Virus record (IMG/VR): IMGVR_UViG_3300037231_000119
Location: 1 to 64,000 of that record
From: a virus
Length of the DNA stretch: 64,000 bases
Strand: one strand, 5' to 3'
A program made the translations under genes and the position numbers. Under the pieces are notes generated by a model that saw only the letters and a list, made by a program, of their open reading frames with translations, did no database searches and was not told the origin of the DNA. Positions 28,315 through 40,718 of this stretch are shown here, piece by piece (position 1 is the stretch's first letter; every line of letters starts with the position of its first letter).

Positions 28315-30082
28315 TTATTCTCCGAGGAGACACATTTTAGTTTTTGAAGCGCCTCTTTCATTTTGAAATTCTCCTCCAGAATCCTGTGTCTGTCGGCCAT
28401 CATAGCATTGTAGCCCCTGAGATCGGATTGGAGTTTTTCGATCTCCGCGTCTCGGGAGGCGAGTGTCTTGTGAAGTACGTCACGCTCATTCTCTGCCAGT
28501 TTTCTCATGCAGCAATTCGCATAGCCGTCCTGTTTCTTGCAGTCACAATTACTCATCTTTCGCCCCTCCCTCGCGCTCCGCGAGCTTTGCCTTAACCCTG
28601 TCGTGCAGTATGTAATTTACTAAGTCCTCGCGATGTGGCGCGTCTCCGTACTTGTCCATTCCAGCCATGTGCGAGTCTCTTATTTCGATCTTGAGCATCT
28701 CCAGCGCCGCCGCCACGCCCTGGTCGAAGCCGAAGGAGGCGCCATCAAACCAATCCTCTTTTGCATTATCATTATTTTCTTGATAACTCTTAACTGTAAG
28801 TGGCCACATAAAGTCAGCGTATTTTTCCGCCTCTTCTCGCGCGAGTTTATTGAATTCTTCTTTAGTCATTTCTTCTTTCCCCTATTGGCCATAATCTTCT
28901 TAACGTAATCCTGGAGCTTATTGGGATCCGCTCTCTCATCAACCAAAATAAATGCGAACCTCTCTACTGCGTCAATTGGATCTTCAATCTCCAACATATG
29001 GACCAAAAATTCCTGTTCATCGCGATTTAGGTATATTTTTCCGTCACTCATCTTTGGTCTCTTCCTGAGGTTCTTTGAGGGCTTGGCGGGCGATCCTTTG
29101 ATTGATGAATAAGTGGTGATCCAGAATTTCGTTATTTTCCTCATCACTATTGCACAATTCAGTTCCATATGTGGGTTTCGCTACGACCTCAAGCGCCCCT
29201 CGATACCGCTCGCAGCGGGCTTTCAGCTCCTTATTCCCTTCTACGACTCTCTCGTGCATCCAGCTCGGAATCCTCTCCTGTGATTCCTGAGTGAGCCGGG
29301 CAATCTCCGCGTCTCTGGAAGCGAGGACGGCCCTAAGATTACTTGCTGCGGATTGCTCGCTTTCCAAATAGCCACGAAGGTCGTCACATTTAGCACAATC
29401 GTTCCAGTCACTCATCTTTGGTCTCTTCCTGAGGCTCTTTGAGAGCATTGCGGGCAATCTTAGTGTCGGTCGCCAATACAGTAGCGCAAGAGGCGTGATC
29501 GATAGCTAACCAATATCCCTCTTTCTCGTGACGAGGCCTGTGCTTTGATGCAATCGATTCAAGGGCTTCTTTATACCGACTACATTGGGCTTTCAGAGTC
29601 TTATTCTCCGATATGGAAAGCTCTGCAATGCGCTCCCATGTGTCGTCATTCTTAGAATCGCGATACTGAATATTGGCAAAAAGATTCTCGTTTGCTTTCT
29701 TCAACCACTTCACCTCCACTAGAAGTTCCTGGTTCTGAATAACAATGCGCCCGTTTTGTTCTTCCATCTCTGAAAGCTCTTTCTTCAGCGCCCCAACCTC
29801 AACCCTCGCCTGCGCCCAGTTCTTTTCCCATTCATGCGCGGCGGTTTTGTATGAGTCGCGTTCGGTAATGAGCCTCATCCGTTCCGACTCAAGTCGCAGC
29901 ACATGCTCCGCGTGCATTTTGTCGCGGTCCTCCAGGGTGGCTCTGAGCGCGTCTATCTCATCCAGAAGCTCCGCGACTTCCTTGGATAGGAGCCCGGCCG
30001 TCACGCAGCCGCATGATGGACATTCGTCGAATTCTTCAGGCATGGGCTTCCCTCTTCTGATCTCGCCTATTTTAACTTCCAT
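28278..30082 (-). other. cluster of small coiled-coil CDSs (28278-28556, 28549-28869, 28866-29051, 29044-29415, 29408-30082)
   Basis: Overlapping stop/start junctions; shared LASRDAEI and LKEPQEETKDE segments. Confidence 0.7.
29043..29446. repeat. 40-bp direct repeat (29043-29082 and 29407-29446) spanning gene junctions
   Basis: GTCACTCATCTTTGGTCTCTTCCTGAGG(T/C)TCTTTGAG(G/A)GC, 38/40 identical. Confidence 0.9.
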
Positions 30083-30266
30083 CTTTCGCCCCTTCTTGAC
30101 CTTCAACACAGACTACTGATTCTTCTGGCTCATCATCGAAAGCACCCGCTTCAAGTAGACAATCAAAACACGCTTTATTCCCATCTTCGTCTAGCAATTG
30201 GGTTCCATTATAATCAAAGTAGGCGAGTGCATCATTGCAAATGTGACAAATCATATTCTTAGCCAT
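30072..30266 (-). CDS. small zinc-binding protein
   Basis: CxxC...CxxC. Confidence 0.6.
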   Translation of the reverse strand: MAKNMICHICNDALAYFDYNGTQLLDEDGNKACFDCLLEAGAFDDEPEESVVCVEGQEGAKDGS

Positions 30267-30398
30267 AATTAAACGTGAGTCCTTCCTTTGTATCGAAGAT
30301 GGATTTTCCACCCTGTATTAGCACTAACTTAACCTTACGCGACTTCTTAGGACAAAACAAGATAAAAGCAAAGATTAGGAGGAATATCTCGAGAACCA

Positions 30399-30881
30399 TT
30401 ACTTCTTCTTAGAAGGCTTTTTGGACTTCTTATCCTTTGGGGCATCTTCAAACATTTGCTCCAAAAGAGATTTGACTTTCTTAGTTTTATTAGACTTCTT
30501 GGTCTTTTTTGTTGGTTTCTTGACTGACTTCTTTTTGGACTTCTTGGCAGGTTTGAGACTATCCCCGAATTTATCGAACTTGGGTTTAGGCTCATCTGTA
30601 GACATGGGAACTGGACCAAACTCGCACGGTCCATTGCACTCGGGACAGTTTTCTGGATACTGATCGATATCAAATCCGCCATTATGCACAGGAAGATCTC
30701 CACTAACAGTCTCGGGAAGGTCGTATCGATCATTTGTGGACCATGGCTCGTCTGCGTCGGGTTTATAGGTATCTGGACCCGCATCTGGCGCCATTTCAGC
30801 GGAGGTCCAACCAGTCAATGCGTAACTAAGGGTGCCAAAGATAACAAAACAGATCACGACTCCAAGCAAATAATAACTCAT
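30399..30881 (-). CDS. membrane-anchored protein with Lys-rich tail
   Basis: N-terminal TM; basic C-terminus. Confidence 0.65.
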   Translation of the reverse strand: MSYYLLGVVICFVIFGTLSYALTGWTSAEMAPDAGPDTYKPDADEPWSTNDRYDLPETVSGDLPVHNGGFDIDQYPENCPECNGPCEFGPVPMSTDEPKPKFDKFGDSLKPAKKSKKKSVKKPTKKTKKSNKTKKVKSLLEQMFEDAPKDKKSKKPSKKK

Positions 30882-30882
30882 T

Positions 30883-31865
30883 TTAGAGGCCCTCCAGGAC
30901 CAACATTCGAACATTTCCTTCTTCATCGTCTACACAAAGATATCCAGCTTTGGTATTAACCCAGATAATTTTATTGGTTTCTGGGGTGCCCTGTGCAGCA
31001 ATGATTTCCCATCGGCCACGCAATTGATTGGTGGGACGACGATCTCGATCAAAAGTAAGATAAACTGTATTGTCGGTTCTGACTCTAAGACTCCACATCA
31101 TGCACTCTCCTTTGTAAATAGGTCACACCATTTGTCGTGTTTGTGGGAATTGACTGAATGGGCGCCACATCCACACTTCCTAGTTGGTTCCGAACTTACG
31201 TTAATCTTGACATCCGCATATTCCAATGTTGGCATTTGTACGCCATTAATATAGACAGTGGCATTGGAGGGAGTATTTGAGATAGTATTGGGACCGCCAC
31301 TAATAGCGAGTAGTTGAGCGGAAAGACCGAAAATTCCAAATCTGTCCTTAATCACAGTATCGTTCTCCCATGCAAGGTTGCAGTTTTGGAGCAATTCTTG
31401 ATAGGAAGAGGACTTTGATGGGCTATAGGGGCTTCCTAGAGCAAAGAAAAATATCGTATAGTAGCCCATATTGCACGTATAGCTCCAATAATAACTAGTA
31501 GGGAGCTGGGCGGCAACTTGATTCAGAAAGGTGGACTGGTCAATCTTTGGGAATACTGGGGTTGGAATAGATGGACTGGAGGGAATGAGGGTGTTAGTTA
31601 CGTTACCAGTTAATGCTTGAGCTGCGGAAGTACTGGTTAATTGGGCGAAAGAATTGTCAGAATCTTTAATAACGCACCCAGATTCCCAGATATGAGAGAC
31701 ATTGGCTAATTTCCACGTAATGTCGTTTCTTGATTCCGCCAAAGTATCCAGCGCGAATATGTAGTCTCGTGCGCCCAATATCCCAATATAAGTCTGGGAA
31801 TACATACGTTTATGTGAATTTTTGATCCAGACCGTACTTCTGAAATAAGCTCCTGTGCAGTTCAT
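30883..31865 (-). other. two hypothetical CDSs (30883-31101, 31098-31865)
   Basis: Packed ORFs; TTGACA-N17-TAGCCT upstream. Confidence 0.6.
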
Positions 31866-31867
31866 AT

Positions 31868-32431
31868 TTAAAGGCTATCCGAAGAAGGTGGATTTGTCAA
31901 TTTCTTTCTTGGACCAGATAAGTCTTTTGAGCTTTTCCCTTTGTGGCATTTATAACATAAAATCTGGACGCCCTCTAGACCAACAGATAAGGGAGAATTG
32001 CCCTTATAGATACACTCCTTATGGTCCACTTCGGGCCGATAGCCTTTCTCGCATTTCTGCTTAAGTCTTTTCATTAGGGACCAATTAAACTCGGTCCTAA
32101 AGTTGGTTGGTTTACCATAGATTCGGCCATTAATTAGGAGCTGTTCGATCAGGGGTACGTAATCATGTTGGCATAAGGCACACCTGAAGTCTTGTCTAAC
32201 CAATAGGTAGAATAGGGACTCCTCGTGCTGGGGCCGGAAATGCGCTTTAGCACTAAGGGAGCAATCTCTACCACAGTACTTTTTACCCTTTACTTTCGTG
32301 GAGTTGCACCATGCGCACATCTTGATGCCATCAATAACAATGGTCTTAATTTTATCTAGGGCCTCATATCGATTGGTGCAGCTTTTGATTAAATCTATGG
32401 CGATGGGGTTGAGGGGAAGCTTGAGGATCAT
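31868..32431 (-). CDS. HNH-type endonuclease with zinc finger
   Basis: RCALC...EVDHK...QILCYKCH. Confidence 0.8.
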   Translation of the reverse strand: MILKLPLNPIAIDLIKSCTNRYEALDKIKTIVIDGIKMCAWCNSTKVKGKKYCGRDCSLSAKAHFRPQHEESLFYLLVRQDFRCALCQHDYVPLIEQLLINGRIYGKPTNFRTEFNWSLMKRLKQKCEKGYRPEVDHKECIYKGNSPLSVGLEGVQILCYKCHKGKSSKDLSGPRKKLTNPPSSDSL

Positions 32432-32455
32432 ATGATAAGATATATCACAATAAAC

Positions 32456-32490
32456 AAAAAGCGCCCAACTAATTAAAGTTGGACGCCTTT
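32456..32490 (-). terminator. intrinsic terminator
   Basis: GCGTCCAACT/AGTTGGGCGC hairpin followed by TTTTT on the minus strand. Confidence 0.75.
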
Positions 32491-32518
32491 CAAATTCATC
32501 CTACCGTGGGTAAGTAAA

Positions 32519-34150
32519 TTAAGTGATTACGTAGGCGGCAGAACCAACTTGAGAAGTAGCCTGACCAGCCAGAATAGCGATCGCCTGAACCGTCTCACTA
32601 GCACTCACAGTGATGGGTCCAGTATAGAGAGTGCTATGGACAGTAGGAGTCGATCCATTGACGCTGAAGTAAATAGCCGCTCCAACGGTTCCACTACTGA
32701 TCGTTACAGTTTGCGACGCAGGATAAGATCCGCCAAGAGGACTGAAGGCTGGACGAGCTACCTGAGAGGAAACAGGAAGCAATACGGTCGTAACTACCGC
32801 ACCGTTGGAGCTGGAGAATGCTTCAGCCATAACTGGAGTCTCAGGTCCAGTAGAAGGCGCTACAACGGCCGTCGCCGCACTCAAAGTGACCGCACCCGTA
32901 AGAGCAATCAGGGAACCGTTAACCGTTCCACCTTCAGTAACCGTGATACTATCTTCAGCAATGACATTACCGTAAAAAGTAGCGCCAGCGCTTGCCACAC
33001 TCTGATTGATGGTAGCTGAAGAGCCGACGATCCAATAGATACTTGTATTAGAAGCCGTTGCACCACCAGTGAACACCATAGTTGGAACGTCCGTACTACC
33101 AGAAGCCCCCGTTAACAACGTCGATGGTGAGTACAAGATATACGTACCGGCACCATTGAAGGTGAGAGTGCTATGCCCAGATGTCAACGACAATCCGAAA
33201 CTAGTGGCAGATTGATAGTTGCCAGGAGTTAGGGTTTGACCACCAAGTTCAGCGGCAATCGTGGTACCGGCCAACCCTAGGGTCTGTTTAGCTGTGAACG
33301 AAGCTTGAGCTGCAGTTTGAGCGCTGGACGCGACACCATCAGCAATGTGCTCTCCGCCAGAATAGACAGCTGGTGGAAAACCAGTAATGGATGTACCAGG
33401 ATAAATGCCCAGATCTCCAGTCAATACGCTGTTACCCGTATTTGTAACCGCTGAGGCTCCCAAGACAGCGAAGGCGCCCATCCCACCCGAAGTAGCATTC
33501 ATAGCTAATACCGTTTTAGCAGCTACCTGTGCGGCGGTATCTCCAGAAAGGATCGTAACCTCGATCCCCGTAAACCCAGCAGGGGCTGGATCCGTATTAG
33601 AACCACCGGAAACATTGTACCATACGTAGTACGAGTTAGAGTTTCCTCCGGTATAGATTTTAAAGTATTCGCCAGCACCGGTAGAAGCGAAGGCAGAACC
33701 CGCAGGGAACGTCATAACATCGTATTGTTGAAGCGCTGGCCCTACAAAGTTAACCGCAAATGAAAATCCCGCAGGCATCGTGACATTCATCGGACTTGAA
33801 TTTGCGAACCCATTAGGGTAAGCATTTGGAGCAACATTGGGGAGAAAGTTTGGATAGCCAGGAACCTGGACGCCGCCAGCTAGATTGGCCAAGACGGAAG
33901 CCAGAGCCGAATCGGGCATGCTGAAGCCATCTTTCAAAAACTGAGTATCGCGCACCGAAAGGCTATATGTACCCAAAATACAGGCCTGAATATTTGAGGC
34001 CACGTCTGGCTCCGTGGCATCACTCAATCGAGTAAAATCGATGGTGGAAAGGACGGTGCCGTTTTGGATGGCCGAAATCAGATTATTACCGGAAGTTGTA
34101 CTCCCCATACCGCTAATAAGATATGATTGTGCTTCTAAAGAAATTGACAT
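32519..34150 (-). CDS. probable virion protein: DPAP module + DUF3494 ice-binding-like domain + Fn3/chitobiase-C-like domain
   Basis: FAVLGASAVTNTG...YWIVGSSATI...GSLIALTGAVTL; C-terminal PAFSPLGGSY...IYFSVNGSTPT...YTGPITV; late motif upstream. Confidence 0.85.
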   Translation of the reverse strand: MSISLEAQSYLISGMGSTTSGNNLISAIQNGTVLSTIDFTRLSDATEPDVASNIQACILGTYSLSVRDTQFLKDGFSMPDSALASVLANLAGGVQVPGYPNFLPNVAPNAYPNGFANSSPMNVTMPAGFSFAVNFVGPALQQYDVMTFPAGSAFASTGAGEYFKIYTGGNSNSYYVWYNVSGGSNTDPAPAGFTGIEVTILSGDTAAQVAAKTVLAMNATSGGMGAFAVLGASAVTNTGNSVLTGDLGIYPGTSITGFPPAVYSGGEHIADGVASSAQTAAQASFTAKQTLGLAGTTIAAELGGQTLTPGNYQSATSFGLSLTSGHSTLTFNGAGTYILYSPSTLLTGASGSTDVPTMVFTGGATASNTSIYWIVGSSATINQSVASAGATFYGNVIAEDSITVTEGGTVNGSLIALTGAVTLSAATAVVAPSTGPETPVMAEAFSSSNGAVVTTVLLPVSSQVARPAFSPLGGSYPASQTVTISSGTVGAAIYFSVNGSTPTVHSTLYTGPITVSASETVQAIAILAGQATSQVGSAAYVIT

Positions 34151-34433
34151 TTAAGACTCCTAGTGTTTTTTGACCCTTATGTGGGCTGATTATAAGATTG
34201 GCTGAACTCGGACAGTTATAGTAACTACTTGATTTTATTCACTTTCATCTTTTGGCTCTGGCACTATACATACCATGATCCAAAATCCTACGGTGGGACG
34301 ATCGGATAGGCCATAGTAAGCATGGCAGGCTTCTCCGGTAGGATAGCCCGTCTCTGGATTTAATTCTAGCCAATAATGGTCTGGGTAAGTCATTTGTCGT
34401 CCTCTAGGTGACATTCTTAGTCACATACTAGTC

Positions 34434-37400
34434 CTATAGCTTCTTAACTATCATTTTGGGGGTAGATTCGGACTCTACCGTGAAACTCTTATTGCAATGT
34501 TCGCAAGTAAAAGAACCCTCAAATTCCATATCATCAATGGGATCTATACCAAAACGATACGTGTTCATATATCCAGGCTTCTTTTGGTCTGAAGTCTCCT
34601 CACCACAATGAGGACAATCAATTAAAAGAGTGTCATAACAGCCCATTTAAGATCCTTCCGATAGAGTGTCTTTACTCATTGGGGTTAGGCCTAGATCTTC
34701 TCTAACGCAATTCAATAGTTCAAATCCGAGATCGACCATATTAACTCCTCCTGGATTATGTATGGCGGCAAGAAGTTCTATCTCGAATGTCTTGATACCA
34801 CCCTCAGTCCAATGCCTAATAGGCACGATCTTCCGTAAGTCCATAATTATTTTTTCTCTGTAAGACCAGCCGCCTTAGCCTCTTCAAGCTTAGCATTAAC
34901 CATAGCAAGTTCCCTACTGAGAAACTGGCGATATGAGGTCTCCCGATTCAAATGCTTTCCAGGAAGATTCTTATCCTGGAGCTTATTCTTGGTATCATTG
35001 GCGTACTTAGTCAAACTGGCGAACTTTTCTTTAGTCATATTGGTCTCCTATGGGTTATAAGCTATCCTACATTCCTTCTTATGTCAAGATACTTCTTCCT
35101 CTCCTAAACTCTCAATGTCTTTTGTGGGAATTTCCAGCCACGAATAAGCTTCCGGGTCCATAGAAATAATCATTTCTCGAGCTGCTATAAAACCAGCCTT
35201 ATACAAATCCATTGCAAATTCCAACTCAATTTGTACTGGACGATTCCCGAAATCCAAAGTTACTAGGCCTGAATTTAGAGCTGCCTCTCGGGCTAATTGA
35301 TCAATTTTCTTCATAATTTATTCCTCTACACAGGTAATAGGCCTGTTATTGTATACATGAAATTTCTCAATTGCCAATTCGGCCTGATTTATAGCGCTCT
35401 GCTCGTCCGGAGCATAAACTTTTACCTTAGATTCGTATGAAGATCCTACACAATCCCAAATTGGATTATTGAATGAATCCGAGGGTATAGATGAACATCC
35501 GGTTAGGAAAAGACCTAAGATAAAAACCTTTACCTTAACAAAGACGGACGCCTTCTTTGGAGTTTCCCACTTCTTATGGAATGGATTTGCCAAACAAAAC
35601 TCCTGAGTACATTGGCCTTCATTATTAAGAAGGGTTTCGCACATACAGCAATTACAAATAATGATTTCTGATCTTGGATTTGGACAAACTAGTCTTCCCT
35701 CGTATACTTTACCAAAAAAATCGATGCCTGCTTCTGTAATTACACCATCCCTTAGTACCCATCCATAATCTGGGTGGAACATGTGTTCGGCTGGTCCCAT
35801 GTTGAGAGCGGATTGTATTGCCGCTTGTTCAACTTCTTCTTCGGTCATACTTAAGCCTTCTTCGTATCGCAATGTGCACAATATTCGTATTTGGTCCAAC
35901 CGGAATCGTAGGTCTTCCAGGAATGGTCGCAACTCTTTGAAACTACTGGAAGTTCCATAAGATCTTCTTCATTGAAAACAGAGGTATGTCTCATGCGATT
36001 ATATTCTGTGGCATTAGAACCATTAGGAGCGATCTGAAAAAGAAAATCGTCGTGATCGTAACTAACATTATACGTTACGGCCTCAATATCCGGATATCTC
36101 ATGACATGCCACCCGGTAACAACGCCTTCCTTGTTGAGGGGTTTAATAAAAACTTTCTCCATCACACTAAATTTAGTCACAATCATACTTCCTCCTCTGT
36201 CGCTTCTCTAAAATCCTGAGGGTGCGTCAACCAAACAACCTCACCAGAATGCTTGATAACGGCGCAATGCCCTGGAGCATTAGGGATGTCGCCCAAATAT
36301 AAAACGCTTTCGCCGATCTTAATGAGACCATCTTTGTAAGCTTCCGGATGTTCCTTGCCATAAGGGGGTTCAAATATTACTATTGACAACTTCTTAAGTT
36401 TTTTCATTTTACTCCCATAGAATCGCACAAAAGTATACCAATGTCAAACCTTTATTACTTCAAAACACTTAATCTCGCAAAGAGGGACGTAATAGCCCGT
36501 ATCTTCATGGACATATCGACCCCTAGAGATGAAATTTTCGATGCACCGTTCAGCCTTATCCCTAGACGAATCCTTATCTAAATAATATTGTCCTAACCAA
36601 TCAATTTCGCAAGTTGGTTCAAATGTGGAGGACATAACAATCTCGCCACCTTTTGTTTTCACTTTAACTCTAAACTTTGGCTTCAGATTTTGTTCGGCCA
36701 ACCAGTCTTTTTGCTTTTTAACGAGAGCTTCCATTTCCTTCTTACTGGTCTTTCTGTCAGAAAGAATTGCCCACATGAAAAAGGCTGGAATTGCCATAAA
36801 TAGAGTAAGCACGTATCCATTAGTCATTAATAAGCTCCTTTGCTCTCTCCATCCAATAGTCCCTATTTAGGGACCTCACTCCGGTTGTAGGCCATTCCAC
36901 AATATCTATAAGTGCCGAGAGAACTTTTACCAACTCGTCTCTTCGTTCTGCAACCAATCCTAAGACTCCAGATTCGTCATCTCTTTGGCCAGTAGCAATG
37001 AAAAGTTGGTATTCGAGGTCTATAACGTGCTTTTCTAGATCCCTAATGCGCTCGAATGGACCTGGCTTATTGGGGTTGTAATTTGTCCGGACTGATTCCA
37101 CAATGCATGAGTGGCAAGAGAAAAATTCTTGATGTGGACACTTCATATTCAGCTCCAAATACCCTTCCTATATCCACTAACCCTATTTACCTTTAGGAAC
37201 TCTCTGACTTTATTATACTCTGACAGTTTTAATACCATTCCCTTACCGTCGAAACGTATAATAGAAGCGTGAATTTCGGACTTGGTACCACGATCGAAAT
37301 ATGACTGTGGCCATCTAGACGTATGTTCCCATTTCTTCTTATGAAACTCCTTCATAAATTGGTCAAAGGTGCCATATCCCCAAACATCAGAGTGATTGAT

Positions 37401-38671
37401 TGTCATCTCCTTATGAACTTTTGATTCAGTGTCGAGATAGGCATTGACGATGACCATTAGGAAAATGGCGACTAGGGAAAGGACGGCGATTGGTAATATG
37501 TAGTGCGTCATAGTATGACCATAACTCAAAGTTTTTGGGGTGTCAATAAGTATTTTGTATTGCAAGTTAAGACACAGTTTGTGCTATAAGTTGTGCTTTA
37601 ACTTTATAGCTAGGGATAAAGATGAGTAATTTCGAATACTTGTAAAATACGGTCCGATACTTGTTATTTCATACAAGTATGATCTGGTTCTGGATCATTT
37701 TACGTTTCATGGTCCACAAATCATCGTGGAATGATACCCTTCACGCCATACACATAACCTAAACTCTTGGTTTATCACTATCTAAGTAATTCATTTTAAA
37801 TATACCCCTTCAAGAGCCCTAAGGACTAGTTCTGCGTCTTCCCAAGAGATTTGATACTTACCTTGAATTACGATTCCGTTCCGCATACAATCTAAAGAAA
37901 GCCCCGAAACAGTACATCCAGAAATGGAATCCCTGGTAAGATCCGCCAAGGCATTCATCAAAGGGATGGGATCAAATGACCAATTAGTACCGATGCAAAG
38001 AAAACTGTCCTTCAACTCGACCTTCCATGGCTTATTATCTGGATTATCTCTACAGTCGTAACCTTCCTTTGGGCCAACATAAAAGGGTGCGAAGGTGGGT
38101 TTTGGATTTTGGCGATAAACCGAATAGCCTTTGTAAGGATTGGAGGAAAAATTGTACCATTGGCTGTCATCATCGTTATTATGTTTTCGCTGTACTTTAT
38201 CTGTATATTGTGACAGGAGAAGATGTTCGGCTTTTATGCCCGCATTCGCGGTTGCAATTAGGGATTCAAGATCAGACTCTTCCTTGACCAATTCGAACCG
38301 ACTGACATCTACGCTAATATCTGCCGAAGTCATTTCAACGAAATCCATGTCGTTTTCGTAAACTGCAGAGACTGTAAAGGTCTCTCCGGGATGACCAGTA
38401 AAAGAACCATCGATTGAATCTCCAATACAAACTACCTTATCACCTACCTTGAATTTAGTCATTTTATATTCTCCAACTTATAAATATCACACCAATCAGA
38501 GTGATTGGCGAATCCATGGGTTTCTTTTCCGCACTCGCAGATTGGGACTAAAATGGGAGTTCTGAAGGAAGGTCCGGCCCCCTCTATACTCTTACGAAAC
38601 GCTTCTCGAAACCACTCGATATCGACCAAATCTGGTGTAACGCTAAAGTTGCCAATAATTAAAGTGCCCAT
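34434..38671 (-). other. tandem small hypothetical CDSs (34434-34646, 34647-34844, 34847-35038, 35084-35314, 35318-35848, 35851-36186, 36183-36407, 36444-36827, 36820-37158, 37149-37511, 37791-38462, 38459-38671)
   Basis: Packed minus-strand ORFs; sigma70-like promoters TTGACA-N17-TAGCTT (~35058-35087) and TTGACA-N17-TATGGT (~37518-37546). Confidence 0.7.
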
Positions 38672-38688
38672 AAATTACCTCAAAATTT

Positions 38689-38835
38689 GTAAGTGGGTAG
38701 GGCGCTACTCCTACTATTGGATATTCAGTGGTATTACCCATATCGCCTACGATTGCGTGTCTCTAGAGAAGGTACGTTGACGCGGCGTCCACCGAATCCG
38801 TCTTCCTGTCCTCAGCTTTCCACGCCGCCACTTAC
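38689..38835 (-). ncRNA. tRNA-like structured RNA in a gene leader
   Basis: 8-bp closing stem GTAAGTGG/CCACTTAC, GCGTG/CACGC arm, T-arm-like GTAGG[AGTAGCGC]CCTAC; TTGACC upstream. Confidence 0.55.
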
Positions 38836-38929
38836 TTAAATAAGGTCTCATAGATTAACCAAGGGGTCAAGGGAATTTTTGGACGGATCTGTCCTTGGAA
38901 GGCTTTATTCTTAAATTTAGGCCAAAATC

Positions 38930-39117
38930 GTAAACTAAAACAGTTGAAAACCAAAATCCTCAATGAAATCAACAAACACTTAAAAGAATACTTGGATAAA
39001 CCAAAGAAGAGAAAGATGACTCTTATCTATCATGGCTAAGAGCAATTAATACAAACTATTATTGGTTAATAGTAAAATAAATTATTAGTTTTGGTTAAAA
39101 TACATAAAAAGAAAGAA
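38930..39117. repeat. long A-rich direct repeat, copy 1
   Basis: 38930-39000 is identical (71 bp) to 55552-55622, followed by colinear conserved blocks. Confidence 0.95.
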
Positions 39118-39153
39118 CTGGACAGAGGAAACGAGGTGTGAGATGGTGAAAGT

Positions 39154-40121
39154 ATGAAAAACAAGCAAATGCGAATTGACGGTCTTATTAAGCGCCTGCA
39201 AACCGTCCGGAAGAAATATGGGAACGTGCCCGTGAACACTTTGGACTATACTGAGTTGGAAAGCAATGGTGAGATTGTCTCCGCTCCCATTTCCTTTTGT
39301 TTTGTAGAAGATGAAGGTGGGAGTCTAAGCGAGCTTCAGATTATCAATATGTCTTTGGCTCAAGATCTAGATCCCTGGAATAATTGAGGAATATATGAAC
39401 TTAGTAGCAATTGCACTATTGTGCCAAGTAACTGGGGTCGCACAGGGCCATAGGCAGAGGGATCCGACCTATGATGAAATTCAAACGACACAACAATCGT
39501 GCCAAAAGTACTATGTGAAGTGCTGGAATAATAAGCGTGAAGAGCAACTTAAGAATGCCGCAAAAGGTGGAAAGTTAACCCAGGATCAGATTTACGATTC
39601 AGACGCCTTCCTAGCCCAATGTGTATTGGAGAGACCGTGACCTACATCTTAAAGACTTTATTGGGGCTATTCGCCGTATCATTACTATTGGCGGCACTTT
39701 ATAAGACTGCTTATTTTATTGGAGGGCTATATGATCCAACAGATATGACCAATCGAATCGAAGGGGGAATATTTACTCTGATCGTTGCACCATTTCTGAT
39801 TCGAGGACTCTATTGTGTAGGAAGTGATATTTGGGGATTGATTCGGGGAGAAGTGTTCTAATGGGATGTTCTTGTCATATCGATCCTCCGTGTAACTATT
39901 GCACCGAACTTTACGAATGCATGGGGTGGGAATTAATTCAGACTACAAAAGTTCCCGGATCGTATATGACATGTCTGGTTTGGAATTATTATCAAGCAAA
40001 TCAAGCATTTAACTGTCTATTCGCACCCTCTCCAATTTTGTGCCTTGACGCGAATAAGATGACCATGAGATATTGTAACTCGTTGATGGAAGCTAAAGAA
40101 TTTTACGAGGAGACTATATGA
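39154..40121 (+). other. four small hypothetical CDSs (39154-39387, 39395-39640, ~39637-39861, 39861-40121)
   Basis: Packed plus-strand ORFs leading into the recombinase. Confidence 0.6.
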
Positions 40122-40684
40122 AAGGCGCTAGACCGCTTACAGACCAAGAAATTCAGGGAGTTCTCAATGATCTCAAGACTTTACGGGACAAAGCTCTACT
40201 GATCCTTGGCTGCAAAACGGGCCTCCGTATCTCAGAAATGCTTTCTCTCACATGGGGAGACGTTATGGAGCACGGATCCATTGGGGATTATGTGACGGTC
40301 CAAAAGAAGAACACAAAGGGTAAGATCGAATCGAAGACTCTACCTCTGGGACCAACGATCAAGGAAGCTCTCAGAACCTATCATGAATCCATTAGACCCA
40401 TTGACCTCACTCAACCCCTTTTCAAGTCCACTCAATCCAATAAGTCGATTACTCGAGCCCAAGCCCATAACGTGCTCAAGGATGCCTTCAGGAGCCAAAA
40501 GTTGACTGGGAACTGTTCGACCCATTCCTGTCGAAAGAGCTATGCCCAAAGGATCCACAAAGCCTTAGGGGAGAAGATCGAGATGACACAGGTAGCTCTC
40601 TGTCACCGGAGCCTCTCAAGCACGCAGTCCTATATTTCCGTTGATAGGGAAGCCGTGGAGAAGGCGATTGTGGGGTTGGGATAA
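40118..40684 (+). CDS. tyrosine recombinase, catalytic domain only
   Basis: GLRISE (R), TK (K), HSCR (HxxR), LCH (H), TQSY (Y); GAGGAG SD. Confidence 0.95.
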   Translation: MKGARPLTDQEIQGVLNDLKTLRDKALLILGCKTGLRISEMLSLTWGDVMEHGSIGDYVTVQKKNTKGKIESKTLPLGPTIKEALRTYHESIRPIDLTQPLFKSTQSNKSITRAQAHNVLKDAFRSQKLTGNCSTHSCRKSYAQRIHKALGEKIEMTQVALCHRSLSSTQSYISVDREAVEKAIVGLG

Positions 40685-40718
40685 TGAATCCCCGGAGCGC
40701 AGCGACCAGACGGGCAGA

